From NCBI GenBank assembly GCA_038321985.1, contig JBBQFN010000001.1, positions 320,001 to 384,000 of the forward strand: a stretch of DNA of 64,000 bases, in the 5' to 3' direction. Both the position numbers and the translations under genes were made by a program. This document shows positions 1 to 11,146 of the stretch, piece by piece (the first letter of the stretch is position 1; each line of letters begins with the position of its first letter). The notes beneath the pieces were generated by a model. That model was not told the origin of the DNA and did no database searches. It was given only the letters and a program-made list of their open reading frames with translations. Source of the DNA: Cyanophyceae cyanobacterium. GTDB lineage: Bacteria; Cyanobacteriota; Cyanobacteriia; Cyanobacteriales; Laspinemataceae.

Positions 1-829
1 ACAAATTTTTTCAATTTTAGAGCCCGAAATTGAACTAGATATCCGCTATACTACATCGGATATCGATCCGAGTCAACTGGCTCACGAAGCGATTGCCCGA
101 GGGGTGGATTTAGTGATTGCATCCGGTGGCGATGGCACGGTTTCGGCGGTAGCTGAAGCCTTAATTCATACCGAAATTCCCTTAGGCGTGATTCCCCGAG
201 GGACTGCTAATGCCTTTGCGACTGCTTTAGGAATTCCGACCAACATACCCGACGCTTGTCAAACGATTTTACAGGGTTTAGTCCGGGCGATCGATGCCGC
301 GACTTGCAACGGGAAACCGACCATTTTATTAACAGGAATTGGCTGGGAAGCTGAAACCGTTGAACAAGCCGATCGCGAGTTTAAAAACTGGTTTGGAGTC
401 ATGGCATATTTGGTAGCCGGAATCGAAAAACTCTGGGAGATGAAGTCGTTTCAAGTCGAGGTCGAAATCGAGGGAGAAATCACCATGCTCCGAGCGATCG
501 CTGTCACCGTTGCCAATGCTGCGCCCCCGACTTCAGTCCTCGCCCAAGGACCTGGAGGAGTCATTCCTGATGATGGATTGCTTGATGTCACGATTTTGTC
601 TACCCAGACTGAATTCAGCACCTTGCAAGCGGTTTCCAGCTTGATGACAGGAGCCTTACGAGGAACTGCTTCTCAACACAACGATGTATTGTACCTGCGA
701 ACTAATCGGATTAAAGTTAACACGAATCCCCCCCAAAAAGTGACCGTTGATGGGGAATTAAGAGGGACTACTCCAGTAGAACTCGAATGTCTTCCCTTGA
801 GTCTAAATGTCATGGTTTCTGAAATATAG
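1..829 (+). CDS. YegS/BmrU-family (DAGK-like) lipid kinase, 5'-truncated by the window edge
   Basis: Frame is open from position 2 (QIFSILEPEIELDIRY...). Motifs ASGGDGT, IPRGTANAFA, DDGLLDV and VDGE are present. Confidence 0.9.
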   Translation, partial: QIFSILEPEIELDIRYTTSDIDPSQLAHEAIARGVDLVIASGGDGTVSAVAEALIHTEIPLGVIPRGTANAFATALGIPTNIPDACQTILQGLVRAIDAATCNGKPTILLTGIGWEAETVEQADREFKNWFGVMAYLVAGIEKLWEMKSFQVEVEIEGEITMLRAIAVTVANAAPPTSVLAQGPGGVIPDDGLLDVTILSTQTEFSTLQAVSSLMTGALRGTASQHNDVLYLRTNRIKVNTNPPQKVTVDGELRGTTPVELECLPLSLNVMVSEI

Positions 830-920
830 TCTAGGGCATTGATTCAAAGTCAAAACAGCCTGTTTTCTTTAACCAAGCCCTGCCCGTTCTAGGCAAGATA
901 AATGGCCTAAATAATTCTTG

Positions 921-951
921 AAAGGAGCGGAAGTATCTCGCTCCTTTTTTA
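921..951 (+). terminator. Intrinsic terminator
   Basis: AAAGGAGCG-loop-CGCTCCTTT stem followed by a T-run, downstream of the kinase stop. Confidence 0.65.
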
Positions 952-1435
952 TAATTAAATTTCGTTTCTAGATTAGATTAGTTCTTTTCATTAGATGATT
1001 AATCGCCCCAACGCCCTTAGAAAGGATAATCGACTTTCTACTAATATGTAGCCAGAGGTCTATTAAGTCTTGCTCCCTGATTATTGTAGGAGTAAACAGC
1101 CGAATGCTTCTATTGTTCTACCTATTTCACCCCGGATTTAGACGCACTATATTATACTTTTATGTTAGGGTTCAGAGTTTTATAACTGTTCCCAGTGAAC
1201 TGATATTTTCTAAAAAATTCCCCCCAAATAGGCGATCGCCTGCTTAGAAAAAAGCCTTAACTGTAAACAACCTAGAACATTTAGTGGCGACTCCCTCTAA
1301 AGGTGGTATGATAAGGTGCAGTAGTCGTTGCCATTTCCTCCAAGCCGATATTTAAATGTTATATTTGCCCAAACCGAAATGGAACCCTACTTACGCTCAA
1401 AAGTCCCTAATCGTGAGTCTGACATCTAAACCTTC

Positions 1436-1984
1436 GTGATTGCAATTTATCCGGGCAGCTTCGATCCGATTACCCTAGGTCACCTCGACATCATAGAGCG
1501 AGGCTGTAAGCTGTTCGATAACGTGATTGTGGCGGTGGTAATCAACCCAAACAAAACCCCACTATTTACGGTGCAAGAACGTTTAGAGCAAATTCGCCTG
1601 GCTACCCCCCATTTGTCTAATTTAGAAATAGACTGTTTTGAGGGCTTGACGGTGAACTATGCTCGGATCCGAGGGGCGGGCGTCCTGTTAAGGGGACTGC
1701 GAGTGCTCTCCGACTTTGAGCTAGAACTCCAGATGGCTCATACTAACAAAACCCTAGCCCCTGAAGTCGAGACCGTTTTTTTAGCAACTTCTAACGAATA
1801 CAGCTTTTTAAGCAGTAGTGTAGTAAAGGAAGTTGCCCGATTCGGCGGCTCCATCGACCATCTTGTTCCCCAGCACGTTGCGCTTGATATCTACCGATGT
1901 TACGCCAAAACACAGCCCGGATTGACCCAGACGACAGATCGAGTCTCCCAGATGAATCTCCCGAGCATGAGCAGGGACTCCTAG
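1436..1984 (+). CDS. coaD: Phosphopantetheine adenylyltransferase
   Basis: [25 protein letters not shown] and SSSVVKEVA motifs; GTG start. Confidence 0.97.
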   Translation: MIAIYPGSFDPITLGHLDIIERGCKLFDNVIVAVVINPNKTPLFTVQERLEQIRLATPHLSNLEIDCFEGLTVNYARIRGAGVLLRGLRVLSDFELELQMAHTNKTLAPEVETVFLATSNEYSFLSSSVVKEVARFGGSIDHLVPQHVALDIYRCYAKTQPGLTQTTDRVSQMNLPSMSRDS

Positions 1985-2529
1985 ATATCCAGCGGGAACT
2001 AAACCGACTGGAGGAGATGATTCTTGAAAGTCCGCGCATCCCGTTCACGGGAAGGACCTTGGTTGAGGAGGAGCAGTTGCTAGAGCAGCTCGATCTACTG
2101 CGGCTGAATTTACCGACTGCCTTTGAGGAAGTAGAGGAAATCATCCGCCACAAAGACGAAATCATTCTCCAAGCCGAACAATACGCCCAGGAAATTTTGG
2201 AAGCCGCAGAGGAAAGGGCGGCCCAGATTCTCGATGAAATGGGAATTGTCCGACAGGCAAAGTTGGAATCGGATCATCTGCGACAACAAGTCCAGATTGA
2301 TTGTGAATCCGCCCAGGAACAGACGATCTCGGAAATCGAACGGTTGCGACGGCAAGCGTTAGAGGATCTTGAAGAAATGAGGGCCCGGGGGATCTCTGAG
2401 GCAGAAGCTATTGAAAAAGGGGCGGATGATTATGCCGATCGCGTCCTCTACAACCTGGAAAATCAACTCTCGGAAATGTTGCGCGTCATTCGTAACGGCA
2501 GATCGCAACTGGATCCTGACGGCAAGTAA
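1897..2529 (+). CDS. cdv3: DivIVA-like coiled-coil cell-division protein (Cdv3-like)
   Basis: Coiled-coil protein with [12 protein letters not shown] and GADDYAD motifs, directly downstream of coaD as is usual in cyanobacteria. Confidence 0.75.
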   Translation: MLRQNTARIDPDDRSSLPDESPEHEQGLLDIQRELNRLEEMILESPRIPFTGRTLVEEEQLLEQLDLLRLNLPTAFEEVEEIIRHKDEIILQAEQYAQEILEAAEERAAQILDEMGIVRQAKLESDHLRQQVQIDCESAQEQTISEIERLRRQALEDLEEMRARGISEAEAIEKGADDYADRVLYNLENQLSEMLRVIRNGRSQLDPDGK

Positions 2530-2715
2530 ACCGCCCTTCTCTCATCAAACCACTCTCCCAGGGGAAAGCCGATGTCCTTGACCCCTGTTGAATTAGCACT
2601 GGGGTCCAAGTGACCCTCAAGATTGCATGGATTGTCAAGGATTCACGACTGACGCACCCGAACCCAAGCACCGGGTTTCTCCCCTTTCTAGCTGTCATCT
2701 TTTATCCTTCCCTTC

Positions 2716-4197
2716 ATGGTTTCGGAAAAATTTCGCCGCCAATTACGGACCCTAGCTCGGAAATGGACGATGGAGGGCTTGATTTCTGAGGATCAGTATC
2801 AAGAATTGTCCAGTCGCTATCAATTTGAAAGTCTCGACACCCAGGACCAAAATCGGTTCATTGCCATTTTGCTGGGGGTCGGAACACTCTTGATGAGTAT
2901 CGGTGCGATCGCCCTGGTGCAGGCGAATTGGGATCTCTGGTCCCGGGAAATTAAAACCTCCGTCCTCCTGGGAATCTTTATTGCGGTGAATCTGTGCGCT
3001 TTCTATTTGTGGCTGAATCCCCTCGGGGGTGAAGCCAAGGTATCCCCTAGGGAATCCCCTCGTTTCCCCGGATGGCAAACCCGCGCCGGAAACGGATTAT
3101 TCTTCCTCAGTTCCCTTCTCCTAGGCTTAAACATGACTCTGATCGGGGAAATATTCCTCATGAGTCCCTCCCTGGGAGAATTTTGGTTAATTTGGGGGTT
3201 GGCTATCCTCGTGATGGCCTACAGCTTGCGTTTGACCGGCTGTGGCATTTTAGCAACCCTGCTGATTGGCGGGGGATACTGGCCCGGTTTATCTCAGGTG
3301 TATGGGGGAGACGGGTTATTTTGGATTCGGACGGTGGTGCTGCATCTGCCCTTAGTAGCGGCCTTTGGGTTACTGCCCTTAGCCTACTGGTGCCGATCGC
3401 GCTGGATTTTTGGATTGGCGACCCTGGTTCTGATTCAGTCTTTGGAAGTCAATCTGGTAGTGGGGTTCAGTCTGCTGAATGTTCCCAATCATTGGATGTT
3501 GGCGATCGCCTCCGCCCTACCCCCGACCTTACTCTGGAGTTATAATGATGAACCCTGGCAAGTAGCTTCCTTGTTTGATCGCGCTACAGATATCCCCCGC
3601 TTTAGACCCATCGCCCGCAGCTTTGCCCTAATCTTTCTGTGCGTCTCCTTTTACTTGATTTCCTTCCATTGGTTTTGGTCCTCGGGTTCCGAAATCGCCC
3701 CTTGGAACCCCACCACCGCCGAAATTCCCCTCCAGCAAGGATTTGCCTATCTCCTGGATGTACTAATTGTACTTGGGGGATGGTTGGCCTTAGAGTGGCG
3801 TTTTATTAACCCTGCGGACAACTTACGCCCTCTCTCGCCCACAGATACACGGTTGAATCATGCAGTCGCCCTAGCCATTGCGATCGCCACCGGGATGCTA
3901 TTTTGGCATTTTGGGATCCAGTCCCTCCCCCTACTTGGCCCCTTGATTTTTAACATCCTGTTGTTTTTGTTAGCATACGGGTTAATGCGTCATGGGCTCA
4001 CCCAAGGCGATCGGCGGATTTTTTGGTGGGGTACTCTCTTATTAACCCTGCAAATTCTCACCCGAGTCTTGGAATATGAAACCGACTTAATATTAAAATC
4101 TATACTCTTCGTTTTCTGCGGAATTGGCACAATTGCCATTGGATTAAGCGTAGGCTGCGCAATTAAACCCGTTGAAAATGAAGACCCAAGCCCGTAA
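2716..4197 (+). CDS. DUF2157-domain multi-pass membrane protein
   Basis: N-terminal W..EGLISEDQYQEL..RY and ANW motifs followed by many hydrophobic helices. Confidence 0.8.
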   Translation: MVSEKFRRQLRTLARKWTMEGLISEDQYQELSSRYQFESLDTQDQNRFIAILLGVGTLLMSIGAIALVQANWDLWSREIKTSVLLGIFIAVNLCAFYLWLNPLGGEAKVSPRESPRFPGWQTRAGNGLFFLSSLLLGLNMTLIGEIFLMSPSLGEFWLIWGLAILVMAYSLRLTGCGILATLLIGGGYWPGLSQVYGGDGLFWIRTVVLHLPLVAAFGLLPLAYWCRSRWIFGLATLVLIQSLEVNLVVGFSLLNVPNHWMLAIASALPPTLLWSYNDEPWQVASLFDRATDIPRFRPIARSFALIFLCVSFYLISFHWFWSSGSEIAPWNPTTAEIPLQQGFAYLLDVLIVLGGWLALEWRFINPADNLRPLSPTDTRLNHAVALAIAIATGMLFWHFGIQSLPLLGPLIFNILLFLLAYGLMRHGLTQGDRRIFWWGTLLLTLQILTRVLEYETDLILKSILFVFCGIGTIAIGLSVGCAIKPVENEDPSP

Positions 4198-4527
4198 GGT
4201 TGGCCTTTTATTGTTCGAGAGAAGGATTGAGACATTCCCGTTGGGAATGGGATTAAAAATAATCTTTTGGTATCCCTTCTAACTCCCTCCCTTGCTGAGG
4301 CTGACCTGTCTCTATTTTTTACAAATAGCGGGATTAAGTAACACTGAATCCACCTTTGGTCCCCTCCCCCAAACCTCAAGGATGGCGATCAGACTCCCAA
4401 AATTGAAAAATTTACGCAGTAAGAGTTACAGCGTTTTTTTTGAAAATCCTAGGGGGATCAGGGTTAGGGGAGTTCGTTCCAATATATGCAAATTGTGCAA
4501 AAATATAGACACCCTTTTCTAGTAAAA

Positions 4528-5187
4528 ATGAAACCCAGTTTAGTTTTCGGTCGATTTTTAATCCCCCTGCTGATTCAAACTGCTGCTATGCTAACGGTGG
4601 CATTTCCCGCAGTTCAGACGGAATGGGAAGGTCAATTAGTGACCTTAGAAACCGAACCTGTAAATTTGAGTAAGTTTATCAGAAATTCTTCCAATCGTGT
4701 GAGTTATAATATTTCTAACTTCAAAAAATTAGAAGAGATTCCCGGGTGGAAAGAACTGCCAGGAACCCCCCTGCCTTGTCCTAAAAATAACCAAACCCGA
4801 AATCGAAAGAATCGTTGTAACCCGGATTCAAAATTGTTAGACCCCGATTTGGCCCTCTATGCAATTTTGGAACCGCCAAAAACTGAAAAGACTGGGGAAG
4901 TACCCACGTCTTGGGTAGCGGTTGGGTTGAGTGGCGATCGCCCTACGGAATTAGGGAAAAATCAAGTGATGATTAAGGGTAAATCTTTGGAAGACAGGGT
5001 GGAGTATGACGGAGAAAAATTTTACCTGATGCGATCGCAACGGAAGGAACTTCTAGAAAACCTTGATTTGACTCAAAAAGAGGAAAAACTAGAAACCTTA
5101 GTGATCCAACTCAAAGTAAATAAGCGAGGAAATGCCGTCCCGGTTAATTTGTGGGTAGGCGATCGCAACTATTCCCTCTCAAATTGA
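4528..5187 (+). CDS. GDYXXLXY-family membrane-anchored protein, divergent
   Basis: RFLIPLLIQ anchor, G..VTLETEPV...SYNIS and C-terminal KV...GNAVPV.LW; adjacent to a DUF2157 gene. ATG 4528 preferred over 4486. Confidence 0.65.
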   Translation: MKPSLVFGRFLIPLLIQTAAMLTVAFPAVQTEWEGQLVTLETEPVNLSKFIRNSSNRVSYNISNFKKLEEIPGWKELPGTPLPCPKNNQTRNRKNRCNPDSKLLDPDLALYAILEPPKTEKTGEVPTSWVAVGLSGDRPTELGKNQVMIKGKSLEDRVEYDGEKFYLMRSQRKELLENLDLTQKEEKLETLVIQLKVNKRGNAVPVNLWVGDRNYSLSN

Positions 5188-5217
5188 ATCAAAGCCATCA
5201 TAGTTAACGAGTAGGAT

Positions 5218-5745
5218 ATGAAGAATTTAGCCCGGTTTATCGTAACGAGTCTCGGTGTATTTTTATTGGGATGTGCACCCTCGGGGTTACCCCCCTCTGC
5301 CGACGCCCAAGCGAATGGGGAGGGTGTTTCCTCCTCACCTATGGTCCAAATAGAGAGGGGACAAGAATTGCCAATTACAGCACAAGCAAAAATCGGCGAT
5401 CGCACCATTGATTTAGAAGTTCCAAACACGCCACAACAGCAGGCAATCGGACTCATGTATCGAAGTGCGATCGCACCGGATCGGGGGATGTTATTTCCCT
5501 TTAATCCCCCCAGAACCGTGACGTTTTGGATGAAAAACGTTGAGATTCCCCTAGATATGATATTTTTGCGGGATGGAGAAGTCGTGGCGATCGCGGCCGA
5601 TGTTCCCCCCTGTACCACTGAACCTTGTCCCTTTTATGGGCCAGGAAATACCCCCATTGATCATGTACTCGAACTCGGTGGAGGACGGGCTGCGGAATTA
5701 GGGATACAAGTCGGGGATCAAATTGAGGTCGAGTTTTTACAATAA
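5218..5745 (+). CDS. DUF192 family lipoprotein
   Basis: LLGC lipobox; GLMYR, GMLF, FWMKN..IPLDMIF and VLEL motifs. Confidence 0.9.
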   Translation: MKNLARFIVTSLGVFLLGCAPSGLPPSADAQANGEGVSSSPMVQIERGQELPITAQAKIGDRTIDLEVPNTPQQQAIGLMYRSAIAPDRGMLFPFNPPRTVTFWMKNVEIPLDMIFLRDGEVVAIAADVPPCTTEPCPFYGPGNTPIDHVLELGGGRAAELGIQVGDQIEVEFLQ

Positions 5746-5972
5746 CCGAATCGCACAATTGTCTTAAACCGATGGGCATTGAGAAGGGGGGGTAGGCGGA
5801 TCGATCCGGTATTTTACCCGAAGTCCAATAACCCATAAGACAGGGCACTGCCCTGTCCTTTATTATCACTCTAATCCTACCCAATCCGGTTGTCAAAGAC
5901 CTATTTTCTCTCTACCTCCGCTTCGACTGCGGGGGTGTCACGTTTTATAGACTTCGAGAACCGGATAGAGTA

Positions 5973-6254
5973 TTAGAGGAGGGTGAAGAACCGGGAAGCG
6001 ATTATGCCAACCAGTACGACTAAACCTAACGCCCGACGAAAGTAGTTAACACCCTCGAAAAGCTCTAGCCACGCCCAGGTAAACCAAGAACCGAAAGCGA
6101 TCGCGTCAAGCCCCGTATGGAAATTTCCAGTGGGAACAACAAACGTGAGTAGAGTGGCCGTAATTGCTACTATTATCGGCAGATTTGGGGGTTGAGCAAT
6201 AACAATATGGCCCTGGTTGTCTTTGAAAGTTTGATCGAATAAGCTAGTTTCCAT
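5973..6254 (-). CDS. Small conserved membrane protein
   Basis: IVIAQPPNLP and WAWLELFEGVNYFRR; about three hydrophobic segments. Confidence 0.7.
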   Translation of the reverse strand: METSLFDQTFKDNQGHIVIAQPPNLPIIVAITATLLTFVVPTGNFHTGLDAIAFGSWFTWAWLELFEGVNYFRRALGLVVLVGIIASRFFTLL

Positions 6255-6414
6255 GAATCCATCAATTAAAGTATTGTTCTGGCTCTAATTTTAATTTCCC
6301 CTTAGAGTTTTCATTCTCCTCCTTTAGGAGGTAATTTAATGAATTACCGGCTGACATAAGGAGGATTAACGCCGTTATGATATCGCCCCAGGCTCACGGG
6401 AAGGAGTGAAAGCA

Positions 6415-6444
6415 AAACCCTACACCCTGGAGAGTGTAGGGTTT
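6415..6444 (-). terminator. Stem-loop downstream of the ABC1 kinase gene
   Basis: AAACCCTACAC / GTGTAGGGTTT, 11-bp inverted repeat. Confidence 0.5.
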
Positions 6445-6547
6445 CTTGGAGGTAGCATCCCTGTGGGGAGTGGATTAGAAACAACCCGGAAACCAGAGCA
6501 AGTGGGTACAGCGTCTGTAATTTTTCCCGTAGCTCACTTCTCACATT

Positions 6548-8200
6548 TTATCGGAGGCGACCCGATCGCAATATACTAATGATTAACCACAACCCAATTA
6601 GGCTGGCTGCGGCAAAAAGTATATCACTCAAATAATAGACACTGCTAAGCTGTGATTGAGAGGAAACCACCGCTGCCCCCATGATCAGGGAACCGACTAA
6701 GATGCTGAAGGAGAGACGGTTGGCGGAGGAATCTACCGTGCGGCGCAGGGCTTCTACATCCTTCATTCCGATGTTCCAAATCAAACTTTCCGAGGTTACC
6801 CGGTCTAATAAAACCTCGAATTGTCTAGGAGACTGCAAAGATAGATTTTTGATATCGAGGGCGGTTCGGAGTAATCCTTGTAATGGTGCTTCCCCAATTA
6901 ATTGCCGTCCGAATAAATCGGTCATTAAGGGTTTAATTTGGTCGGCAAAATTATACTCGGGGTCGAGATTACGGGCGATGCCCTCTAAATTAGCGATCGC
7001 CTTAGCACAAAGTCCCATATTTGACGGCATTCGCAACCGATTGGTTCGGGATACTTCCAGAACTTCATAAAACAGTTGGCTAAAACTTAGCTCAGAAAGG
7101 TTCATATTATAATAACGCCGCAGGAGGCGATCGTATGCACTTTCGAGATTAGCAACATTCACTGTCTTACTCGTCGCGCCTGCCATATCGATCGCCAGTT
7201 GGCTGCATCGTTGGGCGTCCAAATTTACCATCGCCAACAGCATTTCAATTAACAACTGTTGGGTGCGTGGGTCCATCCGCCCGACCATCCCACAATCAAT
7301 CAGTGCCACCCGCCCATCATTCAGATAAAATAAATTTCCAGGATGGGGGTCTGCATGGAAAAAGCCATCCAAACAAATCTGCTGAAAAAATACCCGCGTT
7401 AGCAGAGTGGCGATCGCCTTCCGTTGGGTAATATTATCCATTCCATCAATTCCGACATACTTTGCCAGCAAGATAGGGTCTCCTTCTACCCACTCCATGA
7501 CTAGCAATTTTTCCGTCGTTAAATTCCAATAAATCTCTGGAATCGCCACCTTTGTCGGGTCAAACCAGCGACTCTTAGCTAAATTGCGCCGGAGTTTATC
7601 CCCATTTGCCCCTTCTTCCGTAAAATTCAACTCCCCGCGTAAGGCGGTTCCAAACTCCTCAGCCAAGCCGACTAAATCGTAAGAGTCGCCAATCTCTGCT
7701 AAGGAGACCAATTCTGCCAACCCCGTCAACAAGGTAATATCTTGTTCGATAATCTTTTCCAGCCCGGGACGTTGAATTTTAACAGCGACTTCCTTGCCAT
7801 TTTTCAGGGTCGCCCGATGAGTTTGGGCGATCGAACCTGCGGCGACAGGTTCGGTATTCAGGGTAGCAAAGACATCCTCAATGGGTTGTCGCAACTGTTG
7901 ACGCAGGGTTACCTCCACATCTTCCCAGGGAACGGGAGGCACTTCTGCTTGTAATGCCGTTAGTTCATCAATATATCCTTGGGGTAAAAGGTCAGGACGG
8001 GTACTCAGCAATTGGCCTACTTTCACATAGACTGGCCCCAGGTCTACCAAAATGTTCCGCAGGACTGCCGGTGGAGGTAATCTCGGTTCGTCAGTTTTTC
8101 CACCTGTCAGCAAGCGTCTCATGTAGTCCCAACCATTACGCAGGACGACTTCAAAAATCTCCCGTTGACGGGCGCTAGATTGAGTAAGGTTTGACCACAT
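6548..8200 (-). CDS. AarF/ABC1/UbiB family atypical kinase
   Basis: LGPVYVKVGQ.LSTRPD, AAGSIAQTH, VAVKIQRP, FFHADPHPGN and DCGMVG motifs; C-terminal TM helices. ATG 8200 preferred. Confidence 0.93.
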   Translation of the reverse strand: MWSNLTQSSARQREIFEVVLRNGWDYMRRLLTGGKTDEPRLPPPAVLRNILVDLGPVYVKVGQLLSTRPDLLPQGYIDELTALQAEVPPVPWEDVEVTLRQQLRQPIEDVFATLNTEPVAAGSIAQTHRATLKNGKEVAVKIQRPGLEKIIEQDITLLTGLAELVSLAEIGDSYDLVGLAEEFGTALRGELNFTEEGANGDKLRRNLAKSRWFDPTKVAIPEIYWNLTTEKLLVMEWVEGDPILLAKYVGIDGMDNITQRKAIATLLTRVFFQQICLDGFFHADPHPGNLFYLNDGRVALIDCGMVGRMDPRTQQLLIEMLLAMVNLDAQRCSQLAIDMAGATSKTVNVANLESAYDRLLRRYYNMNLSELSFSQLFYEVLEVSRTNRLRMPSNMGLCAKAIANLEGIARNLDPEYNFADQIKPLMTDLFGRQLIGEAPLQGLLRTALDIKNLSLQSPRQFEVLLDRVTSESLIWNIGMKDVEALRRTVDSSANRLSFSILVGSLIMGAAVVSSQSQLSSVYYLSDILFAAASLIGLWLIISILRSGRLR

Positions 8201-8549
8201 TTGAACTCTCAACAATTAAAAGTAGGTTTTTAGAATAAGAAAGGGAAAAAATCAAGAATTCCACACCATTAACCCGGGGTATTCCTCTGTTCCATATTTC
8301 GGAACCCCTCCCTAACCCTGTGATACCCAATCCGGTTTTACCCAACCCATTCTTTCTCCCCCCAGGCAACACAAAGCACCTAGTTTTATACCTGTAGCCT
8401 TAGCCGGCATGGGTTCCGGGTTGTTCAAACCCCTGAAATATCAAGACCCACGGGAGGGGATCACAGGCGGAAATAGTCTGGTTTTGATGGAGGGGTTTAT
8501 CCTGAGATTTTTCCTTTTCTCTTCTTACTTTGGCTCGATTTTTTCGGTT

Positions 8550-8966
8550 TTACCCTTCTTTGTCATCTTCTTCGAGACGGATTGTATCTTCCTCTCCGAG
8601 AAATTCCCCGTTTTGCACTTCTATTAAGACGAGGGGGATGACGCCAGGGTTTTCGAGGCGATGGGCAGTACAGACCGGAACGTAGCTAGACTGGTTTTGA
8701 ATCAGCAGGGATTCATTCTCTCCACACACGATTTTGGCGGTACCGGAAACGACAATCCAATGCTCACTCCGGTGATAATGGATTTGGGTTTTCATCCGAT
8801 GTCCGGGTTTAACTTCGACCCGGGAGATGCGATACCGTTCCCCGTTTTCTAAGACGGTGACGGTTCCCCAAAATCTCTCTTCGGTATGCAGTCCCCCTTC
8901 AGCAGTCGCCTGGGGTTCAGACTGAGGTGCAGTGACGGTTTGGGTGGGGTTTTTGGTGTCTGTCAT
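8550..8966 (-). CDS. Mannose-6-phosphate isomerase type II C-terminal cupin
   Basis: ERFWG, HYHRSEHWIVVSG, HRLENPG and IEVQNGEFLGEEDTIR motifs. Confidence 0.88.
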   Translation of the reverse strand: MTDTKNPTQTVTAPQSEPQATAEGGLHTEERFWGTVTVLENGERYRISRVEVKPGHRMKTQIHYHRSEHWIVVSGTAKIVCGENESLLIQNQSSYVPVCTAHRLENPGVIPLVLIEVQNGEFLGEEDTIRLEEDDKEG

Positions 8967-9039
8967 CAGTTTGTATTTTTTAGAGATGAGAGTCAAAGGG
9001 ATTGAGAGAGGTTATATAAGCGATCGCCCGGGGGGGTGA

Positions 9040-10089
9040 TTATAATTCGGGGCTAAATCGCGGGTCTTCTTCCAACTGTTTGAGGACTTGTTTAATCTCC
9101 TGAGTGCGGTCTTTTTTGACAATTAGGGTTACATTGCGATCGCGCACAACGACGATATCCTCTAACCCAATTGTCACGATTCGCTCATCTTCGCTACTGG
9201 CATAGAGGATGGCACCGGTGGTGTCGAGTCCGATATGGTTTGCCAGTTCCACATTGGCGCAGTCGCCTTTTAGGAGTCGTTCTAAGGCATTCCAGTCGCC
9301 CAAATCATCCCACCCAAAGGAGGCGGGAATCACATACGCTAACTGGGTTTTTTCCATTAAGGCATAATCAATACTCTTTTTCGGGAGTTCAGCATAGGCA
9401 GCAACCCCTTTTTCCGCTAAGGGTTCAAAAATCTCTGGAGCATGGGTTTTTAGCTCCTCTATGACCACTCCAGCGCGAAAAATAAACATTCCGCTATTCC
9501 AGGTATAGCGACCCGTGGCGATAAATTCCTCGGCTTTCTCGCGATCGGGTTTTTCGGTGAACCGGCTAACGCGGTAGGCGTTTAATCCCTGATAGGGGGC
9601 GACTGCCTCGCCTTGTTCGATATAACCGTAGCCCGTTGAGGGTTCTGTGGGCTCAATTCCCAAAGTGACGATCGCCGGTTTTTCTTTCGCCAATTGACTC
9701 GCCGCCTCTAGGGTTTTACGATAGGCGTCCTCATCGGCAATCCAGTGATCGGCGGGGAAAAACCCGACAATCGCCTCGGGACCCTCCCGACGTTCAATTT
9801 CGATCGCCGCCCAAGCTACTGCGGGGGCCGTATCTCGTCCTTGGGGTTCAATCAGGATATTTCGTTCTGGGAGTTGGGGTAGCTGTTCCTTAATGCCCTC
9901 AGCAATTTGAGCATTGGTGACCACCCACAATCCCTCCCAACCTCCGGCGACTGCCAGGAGGCGATTGGCTGTAGCTTGGAGTAAACTGACTCCAGTGCCA
10001 TCTAAACTTAAAAACTGCTTGGGTCGCGATCGGCGACTCAGGGGCCAAAATCGTTCCCCTTTCCCCCCAGCCAGAATTACGGGTATCAT
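9040..10089 (-). CDS. manC: Mannose-1-phosphate guanylyltransferase
   Basis: ILAGGKGERFWPLSR..RPKQF, EPQGRDTAPA, FTEKP, SIDYALMEK and WDDLGDW motifs. Confidence 0.93.
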   Translation of the reverse strand: MIPVILAGGKGERFWPLSRRSRPKQFLSLDGTGVSLLQATANRLLAVAGGWEGLWVVTNAQIAEGIKEQLPQLPERNILIEPQGRDTAPAVAWAAIEIERREGPEAIVGFFPADHWIADEDAYRKTLEAASQLAKEKPAIVTLGIEPTEPSTGYGYIEQGEAVAPYQGLNAYRVSRFTEKPDREKAEEFIATGRYTWNSGMFIFRAGVVIEELKTHAPEIFEPLAEKGVAAYAELPKKSIDYALMEKTQLAYVIPASFGWDDLGDWNALERLLKGDCANVELANHIGLDTTGAILYASSEDERIVTIGLEDIVVVRDRNVTLIVKKDRTQEIKQVLKQLEEDPRFSPEL

Positions 10090-10186
10090 GGACAATTTTT
10101 CTTAACGGTTAATGAGTTGGCTTTATTATAACCGCTGAGGCTGGGGGCTTTCCCAAGGGAGTGCAGATGTTCTAGATTGCCGCAGA

Positions 10187-10657
10187 TTAGCCCGCTTGTA
10201 AAATTTCTTCCAACATCAGATTCTCTAACACAGAGTTGCCGTTCTGTAACTGAGATTTGGCCGCCTCACTCAACTGTAACTGTCGGCGAGATTGCTGCCA
10301 AAAATCTTGACCTTCCTCAAATCCACCCGCTTTTAATTTGTTCACGGCTAAGGCACAAGCCTCCGCCTTTAAATCTAGTTCAGGCATCAGTAATAAGGAA
10401 TTCTGAACTAACCACCGACAAGCCTCCGGGTCTACTTCCGCAAGCTCATAAGTTGCTTCTTTCAAGACTTCTTCGATCACTTGAGGTGTCGGTAACACCT
10501 TTAAAAAGTTTTTCACCGCAATCACTAAAGCGGGATTTCTGGCCTTGAAAACATCTAGGGCTACTTCTGTATGTAGCCGCTCCTTACAGTCACTTCTTAA
10601 AGTAGACATTAATACCGTCCTTTCCTTTTCCCTGCATGGGTTAAAGGTTTTTAACAT
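10187..10657 (-). CDS. Hypothetical protein
   Basis: Protein-like helical ORF of 156 aa; start may be the later ATG (MSTLRS). Confidence 0.6.
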   Translation of the reverse strand: MLKTFNPCREKERTVLMSTLRSDCKERLHTEVALDVFKARNPALVIAVKNFLKVLPTPQVIEEVLKEATYELAEVDPEACRWLVQNSLLLMPELDLKAEACALAVNKLKAGGFEEGQDFWQQSRRQLQLSEAAKSQLQNGNSVLENLMLEEILQAG

Positions 10658-11146
10658 GGCTAATTTATGGGGGTTTCTAAAGAACAGGGCCTATCTGAGC
10701 CAATCCAACTTTGAACAAGGTAGGGAGTGCTGATGGGGCCTGATTTTTTTGGTTTACCCTGAACGAGTTTAAACTCCCTAAAGTTGCTTGAATCTTTAAA
10801 ATTTTTTACTGTCGTTCAATTGATTATGAGTTTACCTTATCTAAACCCTACGAAAACAATGTGAATTATTGGTGAAGGTAACTACGATTTGCCCATTATT
10901 CCATCTCTGGGTCTTGTTTGGTCTGGTATTGATGGCATGGGATTAATAATCCCTGACAATTCACGAGTAATTCACAACTTCTGGTTAGGCTGGAGGCTAA
11001 TGACCGAAGAATTAAAGCATTGCCGAAGAAAATTAGCTGGGATTGTTCCCTGATTTTCCGGGGGACGAGTCGGATTTAGCTTAATCGGTTCTGAGGTTGG
11101 TTGAGTCACTAAGTTTTACTAAAAAGTCTAAACCGGGTATCACGTT

